In this document: positions 62,524 to 64,000 of the stretch, in pieces
Numbering within the stretch: the first letter of the stretch is position 1
Layout: each line of letters begins with the position of its first letter
Origin: Macrostomum lignano
Taxonomy: Eukaryota
DNA: 64,000 nucleotides
Direction: 5' to 3'
NCBI GenBank assembly: GCA_002269645.1
Contig: NIVC01002607.1
Coordinates: forward strand, 1-64,000
The notes under the pieces: model-generated
Databases searched by the model: none
Seen by the model: only the letters and a program-made list of their open reading frames with translations
Told to the model about the DNA's origin: nothing
Made by a program: the position numbers and the translations under genes

Positions 62524-63575
62524 CAAGGACTTCTAGACTAACAGGACGTAAAACTCAAAGATCGTGCAATTTTTTGGAGGCCACGATTTCCTGGAAAAAA
62601 TACACTGCGAAGATAGGAAAAAATCAGTTTTTCGTCACAAAATCTGTGATTGTATTTGATCTGGGGCAGTGAAGACTACCATTCTTTTAATTTAACATGC
62701 ACAATATGTTAATCTATTATATTTTCATATAGCTGTGTAGTGAAGTTTTCATTTTCATATTGTTTTCACTTTATTTCATAAGCCCAAAGTTGCAAACTCA
62801 CAAGTGGCATTAGCCAAATATCAAATTCAAGAAAAGAAAAGCTATTCAAATTTGTAATATAATAATATTTTTAGCCTTTAAAATAAAAGTTATAAAAGGA
62901 CTAATCAATGTTTTTTCTTATAGATACCTAGTAAAAATGGTTAGGGCCTATTTTTGTGATTAAGTCTATTCTTCTTAAATATATTAGTCCTAAATATAGG
63001 CTTGGCTTAAAAACTGATAATACAGCTTTCTCAAGCCTAGGTAACCAACCATATGAAACTATTTATTGGTAATCTATATATAATAAAAAATCTAAATATA
63101 CTAATCTCTAAGTCATTGCCTAAATTTAATTACTTATTAGGCTAGATAGTGTAGTGATAGGTCTAGTTCTAGTAGGCCTAGGAATTAGTATAGTTACTAA
63201 ACCTACAATAATAGCTTAAGACTAAGAGTACCTACATGCAATGTTTTTATACTTTATTTTAAAAAGAACAACACAAAAAGTTTGGCTAATGCCACTTGTG
63301 AGTTTGCAACTTTGGGCTTATGAAATAAAGTGAAAACAATATGAAAATGAAAACTTCACTACACAGCTATATGAAAATATAATAGAGTAACATATTGTGC
63401 ATGTTAAATTAAAAGAATGGTAGTCTTCACTGCCCCAGATCAAATACAATCACAGATTTTGTGACGAAAAACTGATTTTTTCCTATCTTCGCAGTGTATT
63501 TTTTCCAGGAAATCGTGGCCTCCAAAAACTTGCACGATCTTTGAGTTTTACGTCCTGTTAGTCTAGAAGTCCTTG
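62524..63575. mobile_element. hAT-like MITE, 1052 bp, with 295-bp TIRs
   Basis: Arms 62524-62818 and 63281-63575 are near-perfect inverted copies starting CAAGGACTTCTAGAC. 8-bp TSD ACTACTAC at 62516-62523 and 63576-63583. AT-rich non-coding core. Confidence 0.85.
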
Positions 63576-64000
63576 ACTACTACTCGTATTAGTAGTTCGA
63601 CAATAAAAAGTTTCTATATTGGCTAAAACTATATAGGTAGCTATGAATGTACAAGACCGTGAGACTATAATACCACTGCTGACGGGGGGCTCAAGGCCGA
63701 GAGGCCCCTATCGCAACCCCCAAGCCAAAAACAGAAAGGCGTTAGCCTTGGGGCTGCGCCCTCCCTCGTCAGCAGAGCATGTAGAAGAGCTTGCCAGACT
63801 CCCAGACAAATGCGCGTAGGTCACGGTGTTGATCACGGACGGACGTCGGTTTGGTCGGTAGTGAAATGTCTCCGGAAGAAGCCATGACCGGTAGTGACCA
63901 TGTACATGTACTTGTACATCTCTGAGGTCTGCATTTTTACGTCCTTTCCAGTTTATGACAGGCATTGCTATTCGTGTTTGCCAATGTTCGGAGCAGTTGT

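Overview
Animal genomic DNA (spliceosomal introns, no prokaryotic features). The minisatellite-filled introns recall the flatworm Macrostomum, which is an inference only. I could assemble four spliced genes by hand. (1) ISY1 (+, 3553-10799, 3 exons). (2) A large unnamed secreted-protein gene (+, 19554-42948) built from phase-1 symmetric exons: signal peptide, about 12 short Ser/Thr/Pro linker exons hidden in a satellite array, 10 WSC-domain exons and eight 42-nt micro-exons. (3) A TEX43/SPMIP10 homologue (-, 46797-48058). (4) A LEV-9/Hasp-like protein with 1 WAP and 8 CCP domains (-, 49114-58880, 11 exons). Mobile DNA: a MULE-like element with a PHD+FLYWCH pseudo-ORF, a non-autonomous Helitron, a tRNA-derived SINE, an internally deleted Tc1/mariner, a hAT-like MITE and a decayed Ty3/Gypsy element. 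The Gypsy element is in two pieces 30 kb apart and in the wrong order. The pieces rejoin in frame at a shared GGG, and both outer flanks look like parts of the same SINE tail. This suggests that 12334-46499, including the whole WSC gene, is a circularly permuted 34-kb segment integrated as a circle. Most long ORFs in the supplied track are translations of minisatellites.
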